Source: Octopus vulgaris
Lineage: Eukaryota
DNA: 64,000 bases
Assembly (NCBI GenBank): GCA_951406725.2
Contig: OX597818.1
Location: 143,220,001-143,284,000 of the forward strand
Reading direction: 5' to 3'
The notes below the pieces were generated by a model, which saw only the letters and a list, made by a program, of their open reading frames with translations, ran no database searches and was not told the origin of the DNA. The position numbers and the translations under genes are program-made. Below are positions 1 through 12,639 of this stretch, piece by piece (within the stretch, counting starts at the first letter, position 1; every line of letters begins with the position of its first letter).

Positions 1-148
1 AACACGCTCACCGGTAGTCAAGACTATTGAAAAGGTTGCAAGACGCAATGAAAATTTTAGGAAAATAAAAATAAGAAATAAGTGGAAATTTTACTAGTGA
101 GTGTGTTAAATTATAAGTATTTTTATACAGTTCTATATTTAAGAGATG

Positions 149-438
149 AGGAATTATGTACATTATTTACATTTGACGGATATTTCTCCTCATCTTGTTT
201 GTTTGTTAACAATGTTTCAGCTGATATACCCTCCAGCCTTCATCAGGTGTCTTGGGGAAATTTCAAACCTGGGTTCTCATTCCTGAGGTATAATAATACT
301 GAAAAATACCTTAGGAATGAGAACCTAGGTTCAAAATTTCCCCAAGACACCTGCTGAAGGCTGGAGGGTATATCAGCCGAAATGTTGTGTTAATAATAAA
401 CAAGATGAGGACAAATATCTGTCAAATGTAAATAATGT
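149..438. mobile_element. Palindrome (arms ~140 bp) of Penelope-type terminal repeat carrying a hammerhead motif in each arm
   Basis: Arms ~149-290 and ~306-438 are reverse complements. The same family recurs at 1607-1670 next to a GIY-YIG remnant, and as a short hairpin at ~5198-5265. Confidence 0.8.
346..391 (+). ncRNA. Minimal type-I hammerhead ribozyme motif (degenerate); second copy on - strand at ~207-251
   Basis: GACAC-CTGCTGA-A-GGCTG...CAGCC-GAAAT-GTT-GTGTT. The minus copy keeps CTGATGA and GAAAC. Confidence 0.7.
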
Positions 439-654
439 TAATAAATATTTTAATGTTTTCAATATTGCAAAAATAAGTTTTCAGTTTTCACTACTTTAAA
501 CCTGTGTAGCCTGTTTTTTTTTTAGAATGGTTTTTCTAGTGATAAAATTCCTATAGTTGAATTCTACGTTCTACTTGCCTAGAACCTGTCATCATTTCTC
601 TGAACCACCCCTCCCCACTGGTGCTCCCCTATATATTTCTGCACCCCCCCCCCC

Positions 655-897
655 ACATAAAAAGCACCATCCGAACATGGCCGATGCCAGACCCCTCTGG
701 CACCTGTGCAGGTGGCACGTAAAAACACCCACTACACTCGCGGAGTGGTTGGCGTTAGGAAGGGCATCCAGCTGTAGAAACACTGCCAGACTAGACTGGA
801 GCCTGGGGCAGTCCCGAGCTCCCCAGACCCCGGTCGAAACCGTCCAACCCGTGCTAGCGCGGAAAACGGACGTTAAACGATGATGATGATGATGATG
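655..897 (+). mobile_element. RTE-associated 3' tail repeat ending in (GAT)n
   Basis: TGGCACGTAAAAA(G)CACC subrepeats and GGAAGGGCATCCAGCTGTAGAAAC, ending GGACGTTAAACGATGATG. Further copies at ~3745-4055 and ~6230-6520; degraded copies elsewhere. Confidence 0.7.
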
Positions 898-1089
898 ACT
901 ACATTGCATCTGGTTTCATTGAATTGATTTTTGTTATTTATATGCAGTGGCGTCACAGGTGGGCTGATAGAAGAGATATGCAAGAGTAGTTAGCATTAAG
1001 AGCACTCATGAAATACATTCAAATGCGCAGAAGGCTCCATACAACTTGGTGCAATTGCAAGTAGATGTTCTGAAATAGTAGCGAGAGTA

Positions 1090-1518
1090 AGGATGGAGTT
1101 AGAAAATTTCAAGGGTTTAATACCTCAGCTGGTGACAGAAGGGTTCTGTATTTGAATAAAGAGTAGATTGTGTATAAAGTGAGACATTGCATTGTAGCTA
1201 AGTGTAGGTTTTGAGTGCAGAGGATTTGTGAAAGCTTGAAAGATATGAGGTGAGCATGATTTACTGGATGTGTTAGGTTAGAATGTACAAACAAAGGACC
1301 ACAAATGAGTTGAGAGAAAATGAGAAAAATAGTTTACATGAGGTATATGATGTCGTGTGCAAGAGAAACAACTGTGCTGTTGTTACGGGCCTGTAATATA
1401 CATGGACTGTTACAATGCAATATCTCCCTTAATACACAATCCATCCTTCATTCAAGTAGAGAACCCTTCTATCACCAGCTGAGATATTAAACTTTTGAAA
1501 TTCTCTCACACCATCCTA
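1090..1518. repeat. Diverged inverted repeat (~110-bp arms), MITE-like
   Basis: ~1090-1198 is the reverse complement of ~1408-1518 (e.g. CTCAGCTGGTGACAGAAGGGTTCT vs AGAACCCTTCTATCACCAGCTGAG). Confidence 0.6.
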
Positions 1519-1606
1519 TATATACATACAAACAAGCTTCTTTCAGTTTTTGTCAGCTGAATCCACTTACAAGGTTCTGGTCAGTCTGGGGCTATTGTAG
1601 AAGATA

Positions 1607-2190
1607 CTCCAGCCTTCATCAGGTGTCTTGGGGAAATTTCAAACCTGGGTTCCCATTCCTAAGGTATTTTTCGATATTATTCAGGTCACTGCCTGGAATC
1701 GAGCTCGGAATCTTGGGGTTAGTAGTCCACACTCTTAACCACTATGGCCGTGGGTAATTATGGAGTGAGTTTTAGGGCTTATAAATCTGATATTTCCCCA
1801 TCCTTCCTTAATACAGGTTCCCATATGTTAGTCATATCTCCACTTGGTCTGCTTTAGAAGGTTGTTGTGTCCTAGCATATATGCTGCTTCTTTTAGTTTT
1901 CATATTTTCCAGTGGTGTTCTCTGTCTATTATTTTAACTTCATTCCACTGGGGGAGGTGGTCTCCATTTTTCTATACGTGATCAGGTATACCCGATTTAT
2001 CAATATCTTCTCATGTCACAGCTTTGCGATGTTCCTCTGCCCTTATTTTTAGGGGACGACATGTTTTGCCTTTGTATAACCTACTACAGCTGCATGGGAT
2101 GGAGTACACACAGTTTTTGGTCATATTCTCTTCTATTGGTGGTTTTACCTGAAGGAGAAATTTGCGAATATCCGTCTAATGTAAATAATA
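1607..2190 (-). mobile_element. Penelope-like element remnant: GIY-YIG endonuclease C-terminus followed by terminal repeat with partial HHR
   Basis: Minus-strand translation gives NCVYSIPCSCSRLYKGKTCRPLKIRAEEHRKAV and WNEVKIIDREHHWKI*KLKEAAYML (with stops and a frameshift). Downstream 1607-1670 matches the 149-438 repeat, including CTGATGAAGGCTGGAG. Confidence 0.85.
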
Positions 2191-2479
2191 TACAAGATCA
2201 CGCAGTTGGGAAGGCTGCTTTTCAACCCACAGTCATGTCTGCACCTATTGTATATCTTCAGAGTAAACTTAGCTAAGACTAAAACATTAGTAAGTGAAAG
2301 ACAAACCCCTTGCTATGATCAAGGAAGTCTATACTTGCTACTCAGAAAAGGAGCAAGTAGGAATTTCACATTATGTACCTAATATATACAGTGGACATAC
2401 AAGATGTGTAGCTGGACCTCAAGCAAGTTAACAATAAATGTAGACTTCATGTGTGGAAAAGTTCACAGAGGTTGTAAGT

Positions 2480-2645
2480 ATCAACACCTCATAGGAAGTA
2501 CATCCTGTCAAGCACTTGGAAGGCTCCCTATAATTAGTTGACAGCCTTTGTTACTGAGGTGATCTAATTAGCAGTGGGGTGGGTATTCTGAAAGAGTCGC
2601 CAGAGTAAGAACGTTCTGGAAAAAGTTCAGTGAGTTAGGGCTTCT
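2480..2645 (+). mobile_element. Degraded RTE-type LINE reverse transcriptase fragment
   Basis: LVDSLCY*GDLISSGVGYSERVARVRTFWKKFSEL resembles RTE VDSFCYLGD...ARVRxAWKKFREL. Confidence 0.6.
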
Positions 2646-2834
2646 TTAAAATTTTAGTGTGTATGAATGACTGAGTTGAAATGAGCAGAGAGAAAGAAAA
2701 AACTGGACTTGCTGGTATGGACTTGTGATATATATGAGGATGAGTGATGTATAAAGAAGTACTGTCCACAATGAAGGAGTGGAACCTGTGAAGGAGGGAG
2801 ACAAGTGTGTGTGTGTGTGTGTGTGTATATATTT

Positions 2835-3295
2835 AAAAATTATGAGTATAATTATAATTAGTTTCAGCAAAAAATTTGCTTTACCACATACCGAAAATTA
2901 GAAATAGCATTTAAAAACTAACTATTTCACTACCATATGAAAATCTCCCAAACAGTAATACTCAACAACTCACGCAGGTAAAAAGAAAAAAAAAAATAAC
3001 GAATCCACCCGGCTTTGATTAACTGTATATGCGTTTTGGAGTTAGAGAGATGTGAAAAATGTTAAAATCATATTTCCGCTCTCATTCCCCTAATTCAAGA
3101 TTTTAAATTTGAGAGCACTGAAAAATGAAACATACTTATCTGACCAGGCGACATCAGTATTGAGTATTGCTGTCTAGGAGATTTTCTTATGGTAGTGAAA
3201 TAGTTTTTAACTGCTATTTCTAAATTTCGGTATGTGGTGAAGCAAATTTTTTGCTGAACCCTAATTATAATTATACTCATAATTATAGAATTTTT
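2835..3295. repeat. Inverted repeat (~135-bp arms, ~185-bp spacer), MITE-like
   Basis: ~2835-2970 is the reverse complement of ~3155-3295. Confidence 0.7.
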
Positions 3296-3406
3296 GTATA
3301 AGTTTACTGATAATGGCTCTTTTAACATACCGAACTATTTGGTAAAATTATTAATTAATTAATTAATTTTGCCCTTTGTTATTATTGATATATATATATA
3401 TATACA

Positions 3407-3640
3407 TAATATTAATTAGAGACAAAACCACTATTATGCAAATCAAACAAAGAAAGACTTAATCCAATACATTAAAAAAATTTTATATAAATTAAATAAA
3501 ATTAAATTAGAAGAGACACGAAACAATTGTAGTGGCGAATTTAATTTTATTTAATTTATATAAAAATTTTTTTATGTCTTGGATTAAGTCTTTCTTTGTT
3601 TGATTTGCATAATAGTGGTTTTGTCTCTAGTTAATATTAT
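3407..3640. mobile_element. AT-rich palindrome whose loop is a truncated hammerhead (Penelope-type terminus)
   Basis: ~100-bp arms; loop GAAGAGACAC-GAAAC-AATT-GTA-GTGGCG; abuts (TA)n at ~3388. Confidence 0.65.
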
Positions 3641-4170
3641 ATAATATTTTACTATAAAATTGGATTCAGTCCTAAATCTGATTTTTCCCTGTAAATTTGG
3701 ATTTATTCCCTAATATTTATTATTATATATATACATATATATATAAAAAGCACCATCCGACTCGTAGCCGATGCCAGCACCGCCTCGTCTGGCTTCCGTG
3801 CCGGTGGCACATAAAATACACCCATCCGACCGTGGCCGTTGCCAGCCTTGCCTGGCACCTGTGCAGGTGGCACGTAAAAAGCACCCACTACTCTCATGGA
3901 GTGGTTGGCGTTAGGAAGGGCATCCAGCTGTAGAAACACTGCCAGATAAGACTGGAGCCTGGTGCAGCCTTCTGGCTTCCCAGATCCCCGGTCGAACTGT
4001 CCAACCCATGCTAGCATGGAGAACGGACGTTAAACGACGATGATGATGATGATGATATATATGTGTGTGTGTGTGTGTGTGTATATACAGTAATCTTCAA
4101 CTATCATGGGTGTTACATTCCAAAACACCCCCCCGTGATAGGTGAAAATCCATGAGGTAGGAACAGTACT

Positions 4171-4575
4171 GTACTCTTTTACTCTTTTACTTGTTTCAGT
4201 CATTTGACTGTGGCTATGCTGGAGCACCGCCTTTAGTCGAGCAAATCGACCCCAGGACTTATCCTTTGTAAGCCTAGTACTTATTCTGTCGGTCTCTTTT
4301 GCCGAACCACTAAGTTATGGGGATGTAAACACATTAGCATCGGTTATCAAGTGATGTTGGGGTGGGCAAACACAGATGCACAAACATATACACACACACA
4401 TACATACATATATACGACGGGCTTCTTTCAGTTTCCGTCTACTAAATCCACTCACAAGTGTTTGGTCAACCCGAGGCTATAGTAGAAGACACTTACCCAA
4501 GGTGCCACGCAGTGGGACTGAACCCGGAACCATGTGGTTCGTAAGCAAGCTACTTACCACATAGCCACTCTTTTG
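4171..4575 (-). mobile_element. tRNA-derived SINE family A (internal microsatellite, GTAAAAGA tail)
   Basis: Reverse complement of the 7305-7722 copy. Confidence 0.85.
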
Positions 4576-7304
4576 CCTACTGTGTTTTTTTTTTGTAATT
4601 ATTTTTATAATTTGTATATATTTTATTATAAATGCAAAACAGCATCACGGAGGAATCGGTGTAAGCTTATGTAATAAACTGCGAAATGGCGAGGGATTAC
4701 TGTGTGTGTATATAAGGGGGCCTGACAGGATCTAATGAGTCAAAAGACTGCATTGGGTTCCAGTGTCTACTTTGGTATGGTTTCTATGGATGGATGCTCT
4801 TCCTAACGCCAGCCATTTTATAGTGTGTACTAGGTACTTATAGTATTGGTAATAGTGAGGTTGCTAAGTAACTTGTATGACAAAATAACTCCTCAACTGA
4901 GTGGGAATGTAATAGAGAGGCAGTTGAGACTTTGTCTGGTGTTGAGAGCCTAATGATCGAGTGACAGGAACAGATGACTTGCTGCAGTGGAGATATAGGG
5001 CTACCTCAAATTATATATGAGTGAGTGGGAGTAGTTAGAAAGTGTGATGAAGATGGTGGTGACAAGGTGTAAGAGCATAAGGTGAACAGAAGAGAAAATA
5101 GGGAGTAAGTCAGGAAGGGTTGGGAGTAGGTTCACAAGAGTGTGAGAGGAGCAGGATTTATAATACAGTTCTGTATTTAAGAGATGAGGAATTAATTACA
5201 TTATTTACATTTGACAGATATTTGTCCTCAAGATGAGGACAAATATCCGTCAAATGTAAATAATGAGCATGATTGATGGTTAGAGATGGAGGTAGAAGTT
5301 AAAGTAATGAATAGTGAACAAGGTTAGAGGGGGGTGGTTGATGCTAAATATGAATTTTGAGGGACAGTAATAAGAAACAGAAATGGCTCAGGAAGGACAT
5401 CATCAAGGCTCAGTTCTCAGTCTCCTTTTGGTCATCATATTCCTCCAAGCCATAAAAACCATGCTATACCAGACATTGGAGCATGATGAAGTCTTCTGAC
5501 TGATTGGACTCTGTTTCAGCATCCAACAAAATGTTATCAAGGCAGACAGACTTTAAAAGATGTAGATGGTGATATATGTATATCAGCTGTTATCTACATC
5601 TGCTGCTTCTTCTATCTCTTTGATACATTCTCATGTCTAATACTTGCCCTTCACCATATGATGGCTGCCTATAAGACTAAGGATGGCAGGGGATATCACT
5701 GTACCATCCTTTCCATGTAGATGCTATTGGACCTCTCTAACCCTTTCATCTCTGACGTTCACCCTCTCCACTGTACCATGCTGTCTGTGTAATGAGGGAT
5801 TGTATTAGACCTACCCATATTTCAATCCCTCACCACCAATGTCCTTAACGTTACTTCTCTTGCCCATCATGAGACATGTATAAGGGACACAGCAGGTGTT
5901 TGTATTTCATACACTTTACCATCACCTTTTCTTTCTTGGACCACTTGTTACTGACATCAGCTACTGAGTCTCACCGTTATCACTCTCCAGTATTGTCCAT
6001 TACCCTTTGTCTCCCTTTACCACTCTCTTACATCAATCATTCCCCTTCCATTATACTCTTGCTTTCATCCACTCATCCTAATTCTTTGGTTATTGCTTTC
6101 TCTTCTACTCACCTTCTTGCTCACGTTTTGAGTGAATGAATGCATCATAAAGTAAGACTAAGGTTATTCTCCTAGGACTGGTTCCACAATAAAATGTATC
6201 TAGTATGATTTATAAAAAATGGTTGTTCACCATCCGAACGTGGCCGATGCCAGCGCCGCCATGACTGGCTTCTGTGCTGGTGGCACATAAAAAGCACCAA
6301 CTGATCGTGGCCGCTGCCAGCCTCTCCTGGCACCCGTGCCAGTGGCATGTAAAAAGCACCCACTACACTCATGGAGTGGTTGGCATTAAGAAAGGCATCC
6401 AGCTGTAGAAACACTGCCAGATCAGATTGGAGTCTGGTGTAGCCTCCTGGCTTCCCAGAACCCGGTCGAACCGTCCAACACGTGCCAGCATGGAAAACAG
6501 ACGTTAAACAATGATGATGAATGGATGGGGATGATGTGGAGTTGAGAGGATCTATTTGTCTTGTTGAGAACATGGCAGTATCTCTAGTGTTGGTGGTACC
6601 TTGGTAAAATGCACCCAGCATGCACTATAAAGTAGCTGGCAGTTGGAAGGATATGCAACTGTGGAAAGCAAGCCAAAAACATGAGCAAGACATGGTTGTC
6701 TGATCCACCTAGAAGAGTAAGAACTGACTTAAATTGTAATGATCGATCTAACCCATGCCAGCATGGAAAGTTGACATAAACAATGATGACTACACTGTTG
6801 TGTAATGTACATGCTAGCTGGTCAATTTCTTTTTCTGAAAAACCCAGTTTTGCCAGATTGTCACTTCAGCATTTATTAACAAAACCAAGTGCACCAATTA
6901 TTAGTGGTAAAATATTAATTTATAATCTGAGTATAGAAAGTGAAGGCTTTGAAGTCGTCTATAAATATCCTCTTCTCTTTGATTTTCAAACAGATGCTCA
7001 CATCAGCAGGGCAACTGACCTCTATGACTGGGCATGCTTTTTCTTGTCAGCCCCAAACAACTATATCCAGCATGTTTGCAAGTAGTAGTAGTTTTGATGG
7101 GAATGTTCCACCAATATTTTTTGTGTCAATGTATATGAATGTATTAAATAACAGGGAAAGTCTCTACATTTATCCCAGAACAGACATTGCATTGTATATT
7201 GTCTGCGTTACAACACCATGTCATGTTGAGAGGTTATACCTTGATAACATTTTTAGGCAACAGTTGACCACATGTATGATGTCTTCCACAGAAATGTGAC
7301 ATAT

Positions 7305-7722
7305 AGGCGCAGGAGTGGCTGTGTGGTAAGTAGCTTGCTAACCAACCACATGGTTCCGGGTTCAGTCCCACTGCGTGGCATCTTGGGCAAGTGTCTTCTG
7401 CTATAGCCCCGGGCCAACCAATGTCTTGTGAGTGGATTTGGTAGACGGAAACTGAAAGAAGCCTGTCGTATATATATATATATATATATATATATAAGTG
7501 TGTGTGTATATGTTTGTGTGTCTGTGTTTGTCCCCCTAGCATTGCTTGACAACCGATGCTGGTGTGTTTACGTCCCCGTCACTTAGTGGTTCGGCAAAAG
7601 AGACAGATAGAATAAGTACTGGGCTTACAATGAATAAGTCCGGGGTCGATTTGCTCGACTAAAGGCGGTGCTCCAGCATGGCCGCAGTCAAATGACTGAA
7701 ACAAGTAAAAGAGTAAAAGAGT
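7305..7722 (+). mobile_element. SINE family A, full length
   Basis: A-box TGGCTGTGTGG, B-box GGTTCAGTCCC, internal (TA)n, tail GAAACAAGTAAAAGAGTAAAAGAG. Confidence 0.9.
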
Positions 7723-7964
7723 ATAATTGACATTTTCGGTTGCATCTTGGGTCTTCAAGGGCTCACTATTTCTTCTGTTCATTAGGTATTTTAGAGTAAT
7801 CTGCTGCACTTGGATTGCAAACTCATAGCCTACAAAGTATGATGTAATGCAACAATGGTGATTCCAAGAAAGGCTGCACTTATGTTGATGGTGTCATCTT
7901 CAAAGCAGCAAGCTGGCAGAATCGTCAGTGTTCCAGGCAAAATGCTTAGTGGCATTTCATCCAT

Positions 7965-8184
7965 ACTCTTTCGCTTTTACTCTTTACTTGTTTCAGTAAT
8001 TTTGACTGCGGCCATGCTGGAGCACCGCCTTTAGTTGAGCAAATCGACCCTGGGACTTATTCTTTGTAAGCCCAGCACTTATTCTATCTGTCTCTTTTGC
8101 CGAACCGCTAAGTGACGGGGGCGTAAACACACCAGCATCGGTTGTCAAGCAATGCTAGAGGGACAAACACAGACATACAAACAT

Positions 8185-8238
<54 letters not shown>

Positions 8239-8399
8239 GACAGGCATCTTTCAGTTTCCGTCTACCAAATCCACTCACAAGACATTGGTCGGCTCGAGGC
8301 TATAGTAGAAGACACTTGCCCAAGATGCCACACAGTGGGACTGAACCCGGAACCATGTGGTTCGTAAGCAAGCTACTTACCACACAGCCACTTCTGCCT
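7965..8399 (-). mobile_element. SINE family A, nested inside a family-B SINE (~7910-7963 and ~8400-8555)
   Basis: Reverse complement of 7305-7722; the flanks rejoin into family B. Confidence 0.85.
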
Positions 8400-8931
8400 T
8401 TACATTCTGAGTTCAAATTCCACCAAGGTCAGCTTTGACTTCCATCCTTTCAGGGTCAATAAAATAAATATCAGTTGAGTTTTGGGATTGATGTAATTGA
8501 CTCCCCCCACCTTTCCCTGAAATAGCTGGTCTTGTGCCAAAATTTGAAACCAATATTAATTAGTGTTATCTTCAAGTCTTTGGAAAACATATAATCATAC
8601 ACATGTATAGTCTCTCTCTCTCTCTCTGATATATTGGTTGAGCATTTAACATCTGGGTCTTCTTTGAGGTATGGCAGTCCAGCTGTTTTTGGGTTGTATG
8701 GGAAGTTAGGAAGAGAGCACTTCCTGAGGAGCTCATTGCCAACATGTAGGATGTTCTCTTTGCTTTTCAGCATGAAGCTTATATATTTATTTTTGCTGGT
8801 GTTGTTTACCTCTATGACATTCGAAGGCTGCTTGCCCTGATCCCAAGCCCCTATTTCCATTGTTTCTGAGGTAGACCTTGTTGATATTGTTTCTGCTGAA
8901 GTTTCCAGTTGATATCAGGGTCTTGTGGAGT

Positions 8932-9161
8932 TTAACCCTTTAGCATTTAAACCGGCCATATCCGGCCAAAGGTATTCTGCCTGTTTTATGGTCAAACTGG
9001 CCAGATCTGGTCTCTCACACCAGCCCTACAATATCGTTTTTAAAATTAACAGCTACCTCATCAGAATCTCATAGCTACAAGATGATGCATGATTAGTTCA
9101 AAACAATGTGGATAAAAAAAGCATTAATTTTGGCAGAATAATGTGAACACTAAAGGGTTAA
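8932..9161. mobile_element. TTAA-flanked MITE (piggyBac-like ends)
   Basis: TTAA-CCCTTTAG...CTAAAGGG-TTAA. Inverted copy at 13590-13818, degraded copy at 20734-20965, and an element with similar ends at 17108-17322. Confidence 0.75.
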
Positions 9162-10534
9162 TGTCTATGGAGTGGATTTCCTCAATCAAATATCTCAAAT
9201 ATTGGTTTCAGCACAGGTACTATAAATGCATTGTAGGATATCGTCTTGCTGTGAGACATGAACTCCACCTGCCAAATTTTTCTAAATCTGGTGTAATATT
9301 CTTGGGTTACTCTATCTTCATTCACAGTACTTTCAGATGACGTATTTTCATCAATGCCTATGTATTAGTAGTATTAGTAGCATTCTTTGTGTTGAACAAG
9401 AGATAGAGATGCATATGTTTCGGGTTTAGAAGTCTGATTTTCCACATTCAATAATCAAATACAAAGACTTCTTTTTGGCCAAATTCCATTCCTATATCAG
9501 CTGAATATGTTGATATTAACTCCAGCTGTCTTTTTGGCATTAAAAACATTTTTATCATAGGTTTTCAGGTCATCCACAAAGAAATTATGAGTTACATTGA
9601 TATCTCTAGCAGTTGCTGACCCTAACGTAGCCATTGGATTTTCGTAAAAGAAATGATTGTAGATTTAATGCCAAAATAAACAGAATTATAGAAAGATTAT
9701 CTAATTTGAATATTTCCATTAGGATATGCATAACATCAGAGACAATCATTCTGCTCCCAGGTGTAAGTGCAAGGATTGTTGTCAATGGTAGCAACTAATT
9801 TTAGTTTTAAAATAGTCTCTAAAATATTTATCACTAGCATGCATTTTATCCAGTCAGATACCAACATGAGTGGTGATTAACATTGGTTCCAGTTGGTCAA
9901 ATTAGTATATCTTAGAGAATCTTTTATTTCACTCAATGAAAAAAGAAGCTTATGAATCTATATGCTAAAAGATGTGACCCATTCCCCCTTTACTTTGTCT
10001 ATACATACTGAACCAAATGTAAGTTTTTTTTCCTCATATTTATGTTAATATCACACGTCATCTCAAAAGCTGTCTGCATTTATTTAGACAATTCCCATCT
10101 GTTCTCACTCTAAGGACTCTTACTTAACTGGAATGTATATTTACCAGGTAGATGACTTTATCCCGATGTATCTCTGCAAACAAACTTTGCCAACACCTGA
10201 TAATATTTCCTTTTACACTGTGTATTGACTCCTTTATCCATTTACTTTGCTCTACAATAACCCTTCAGTTTTTAAACTGGCCTTGCATTCAGACATACAT
10301 GTATCGTAATAGAAGGCAGCTGTCCTGCTGATGTGAATATCTCTTAGAAAATCAAGGAGAAAGAAGATAACTATGGACAACTGCTTTGAAACCTCCAGAT
10401 TACAACTTTACACTTATACTAATAAAAATTGGAGTACTTGGGGTTTAGTAAGTACGTGCTTAACTGTCAGTCTGGATAAGCCTGGATTTTCAGAAAAAGA
10501 AAAAAGATTAATCAGCTGATTCACACATTACAAA

Positions 10535-10690
10535 TACAATTTGTAAGTGGAACAGTAAAACTATGCAAGACTTTTTTCAGGTTTAGAATGTGATATTCTT
10601 TTCCATATCTATATTCCAAAGATGGAGCTTTGTACCTTTGTTAGAAACCAGTTCCTTGCTCAGAGGAAGAATTTAAATGATTAAATACAG

Positions 10691-10721
<31 letters not shown>

Positions 10722-11145
10722 TGTGTGTTTCTCTCTCTCTCTCTCTCTCTCTCAATCAATCACACAATCATTTAATAGTGTGTGTAATCATCGTTTTATG
10801 TCATTTTCCAAGCTGGGATAGGTTAGCTATATCATTGTAGTCTTAGTCATTTACCACTTTTCTAGGTGGGTCAGACAACCATGTCTTGCTCAGGCTTGGT
10901 TTCTACAGTTGCATATCCTCCTTCCTACTGCCTGCTACTTTACAGTGTGTACTAATTGCATTTTACCAATGCCAAAACAAATAAATTTTATAAGCAGAAC
11001 AGTAAAAATATGTGAAATTTTTCTCAAGTTCAATATGTGATATTGTTTTTGCTATCTATATTCCAATAATGGAGCTTTTGTTTCTTTGTTAGAATCCAGC
11101 TCCTTCTGTACAGGAAGACATCAAATAATTAAAAATAGAGAAGAT
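10535..11145 (+). repeat. Old diverged direct duplication (~160 bp)
   Basis: ~10535-10695 and ~10980-11145 share GAACAGTAAAA, TATCTATATTCCAA, ATGGAGCTTT and CTTTGTTAGAA in order. Confidence 0.6.
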
Positions 11146-11397
11146 GCATGCATACATATATACATACATACGTACATAAGTATGTATATATGTATTTATG
11201 TACATATATATGTATGTATGCAAATGAATGTAAGGATAAATGGTTTCTATCTTCCCAGTATCACTTGCAAGGCATTGTAGCTACAGAAGATATTTGCCCA
11301 TGGTGCCTATTAGGGAAATTAAATCTAAAACATGTTGCTTCAAAGTAAGTTTCTTAATCATGTAGCTATTCCTTGTATGGTATTATTTACATGTGGA

Positions 11398-11593
11398 GCT
11401 GGCAGAAACGTTAGCACGCCGGACGAAATACTTAGCAGTATTTCGTCTGCCACTACGTTCTGAGTTCAAATTCCGCCGAGGTCGACTTTGCCTTTCATCC
11501 TTTCAGGGTCGATTAAATAAGTACCAGTTAATCCCTTTGTCTGTCCTTGTTTGTCCCTTCTGTGTTTAGCCCCTTGTGGGTAGTAAAGAAATA
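11398..11593 (+). mobile_element. SINE family B with 19-bp target-site duplication
   Basis: GAGTTCAAATTCC B-box; TSD GGTATTATTTACATGTGGA at 11379-11397 and 11594-11612. Confidence 0.9.
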
Positions 11594-12639
11594 GGTATTA
11601 TTTACATGTGGAAAGGCTGGTAGATTGGCAGAACCACTCGAGTGTTTAAGAAGATACTTTGCAGTATTTTATGTGTCTCTTTATTTACAGTTTGAGTTCA
11701 AATTCCACCAGTCAGCTTTACTTTCATCCCTCTGGAGCTGATAAAATAAAATTACCTATCAAGTACTAGAATCAGTAGTATTGGCAACTAATAACATCTC
11801 CTTTCAAAATTGCTGGCCTTAGTGCCTGAATTAGAAATTATTATCGTGTTTGTATGTCTCAGTGTATTAGAATCAACTGTGTTTTGGTGGTAAAATAAAT
11901 GTTTTAATCTCTTTTAATTACTTTTCAAAAAGTCAAAATAGCTTGAAATGAATTAGCTGAAGCCATTTCTGTATTAATTACTGTGAGAATTTAATTCTTA
12001 GAGCTGGGGACAAATTTTTCTCATGGGATTTTGTTTCTTTTTGTAGTTAGGTTCCAAGTACTAAACTAAAATCTGTAGAAAGGATGCAGAGTATAAAAAA
12101 ATAAACAACAACCAAACTAGATTCTTTACATTATCTATTTCAGTGTAATTTTTTTTTTTTATATTTGTGGCTCCAAATTAGCTCTAATTGAGCTGACTTG
12201 TGATTAAAGATGTTTAGGCTATTATCATTCCATTTCTTTTATTATTTTTATATTCGTTTAGGAATGGTGTACCCCTAATTACATAATCCACTGTTTTTTT
12301 TTAAATTGGTGGTGAGAGAATTTTGGTTACTATTTGTTACAGCTCAAGTGACCATTTAGAGAGGCTGCAGAACTGACTTTAGTTTTTCTATATTAAATCT
12401 AATGGTAGACTAGATAATTAGAACCAGCAACAAGCAGATATCAGTTAACTCCTTTGTTCTTTCGGTAAAAACTTTGTTGTTTAAAACTAGTCACCTAGTT
12501 TTTTTTGTTTAAAGTTATTTAAGTAATTACACCTTATTTTCTATTGGTAGATAAGAGCATTTATTTTGTTTCACTATTCATAAGAGGAAACCAAGAATAC
12601 TCACGATCATTATAATATTTCAAAATATAAAAAATATAT

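Larger units (their letters stand above)
6790..10450 (-). mobile_element. Fragmented R4/Dong-type (RT + restriction-like endonuclease) non-LTR retrotransposon, interrupted by SINEs and a MITE
   Basis: RT motifs IFKLDNLSIILFILALN, THNFFVDDLK and TYSADIGMEFGQK at ~9470-9720. RLE motifs DIVVW...VIEVSCPAD...IIGALGFV at ~6875-7070. Confidence 0.75.

Noticed and set aside
655-6520. Repeated TGGCACGTAAAAAGCACC units that could suggest a CRISPR array
   Set aside because: Subrepeats of a dispersed retroelement tail in a eukaryote; no unique spacers or cas genes.
12047-12104. Possible upstream G-gamma exon after a TTTTGTAG acceptor
   Set aside because: The phase-compatible frame contains a stop, lacks N-terminal G-gamma motifs and has a poor donor.
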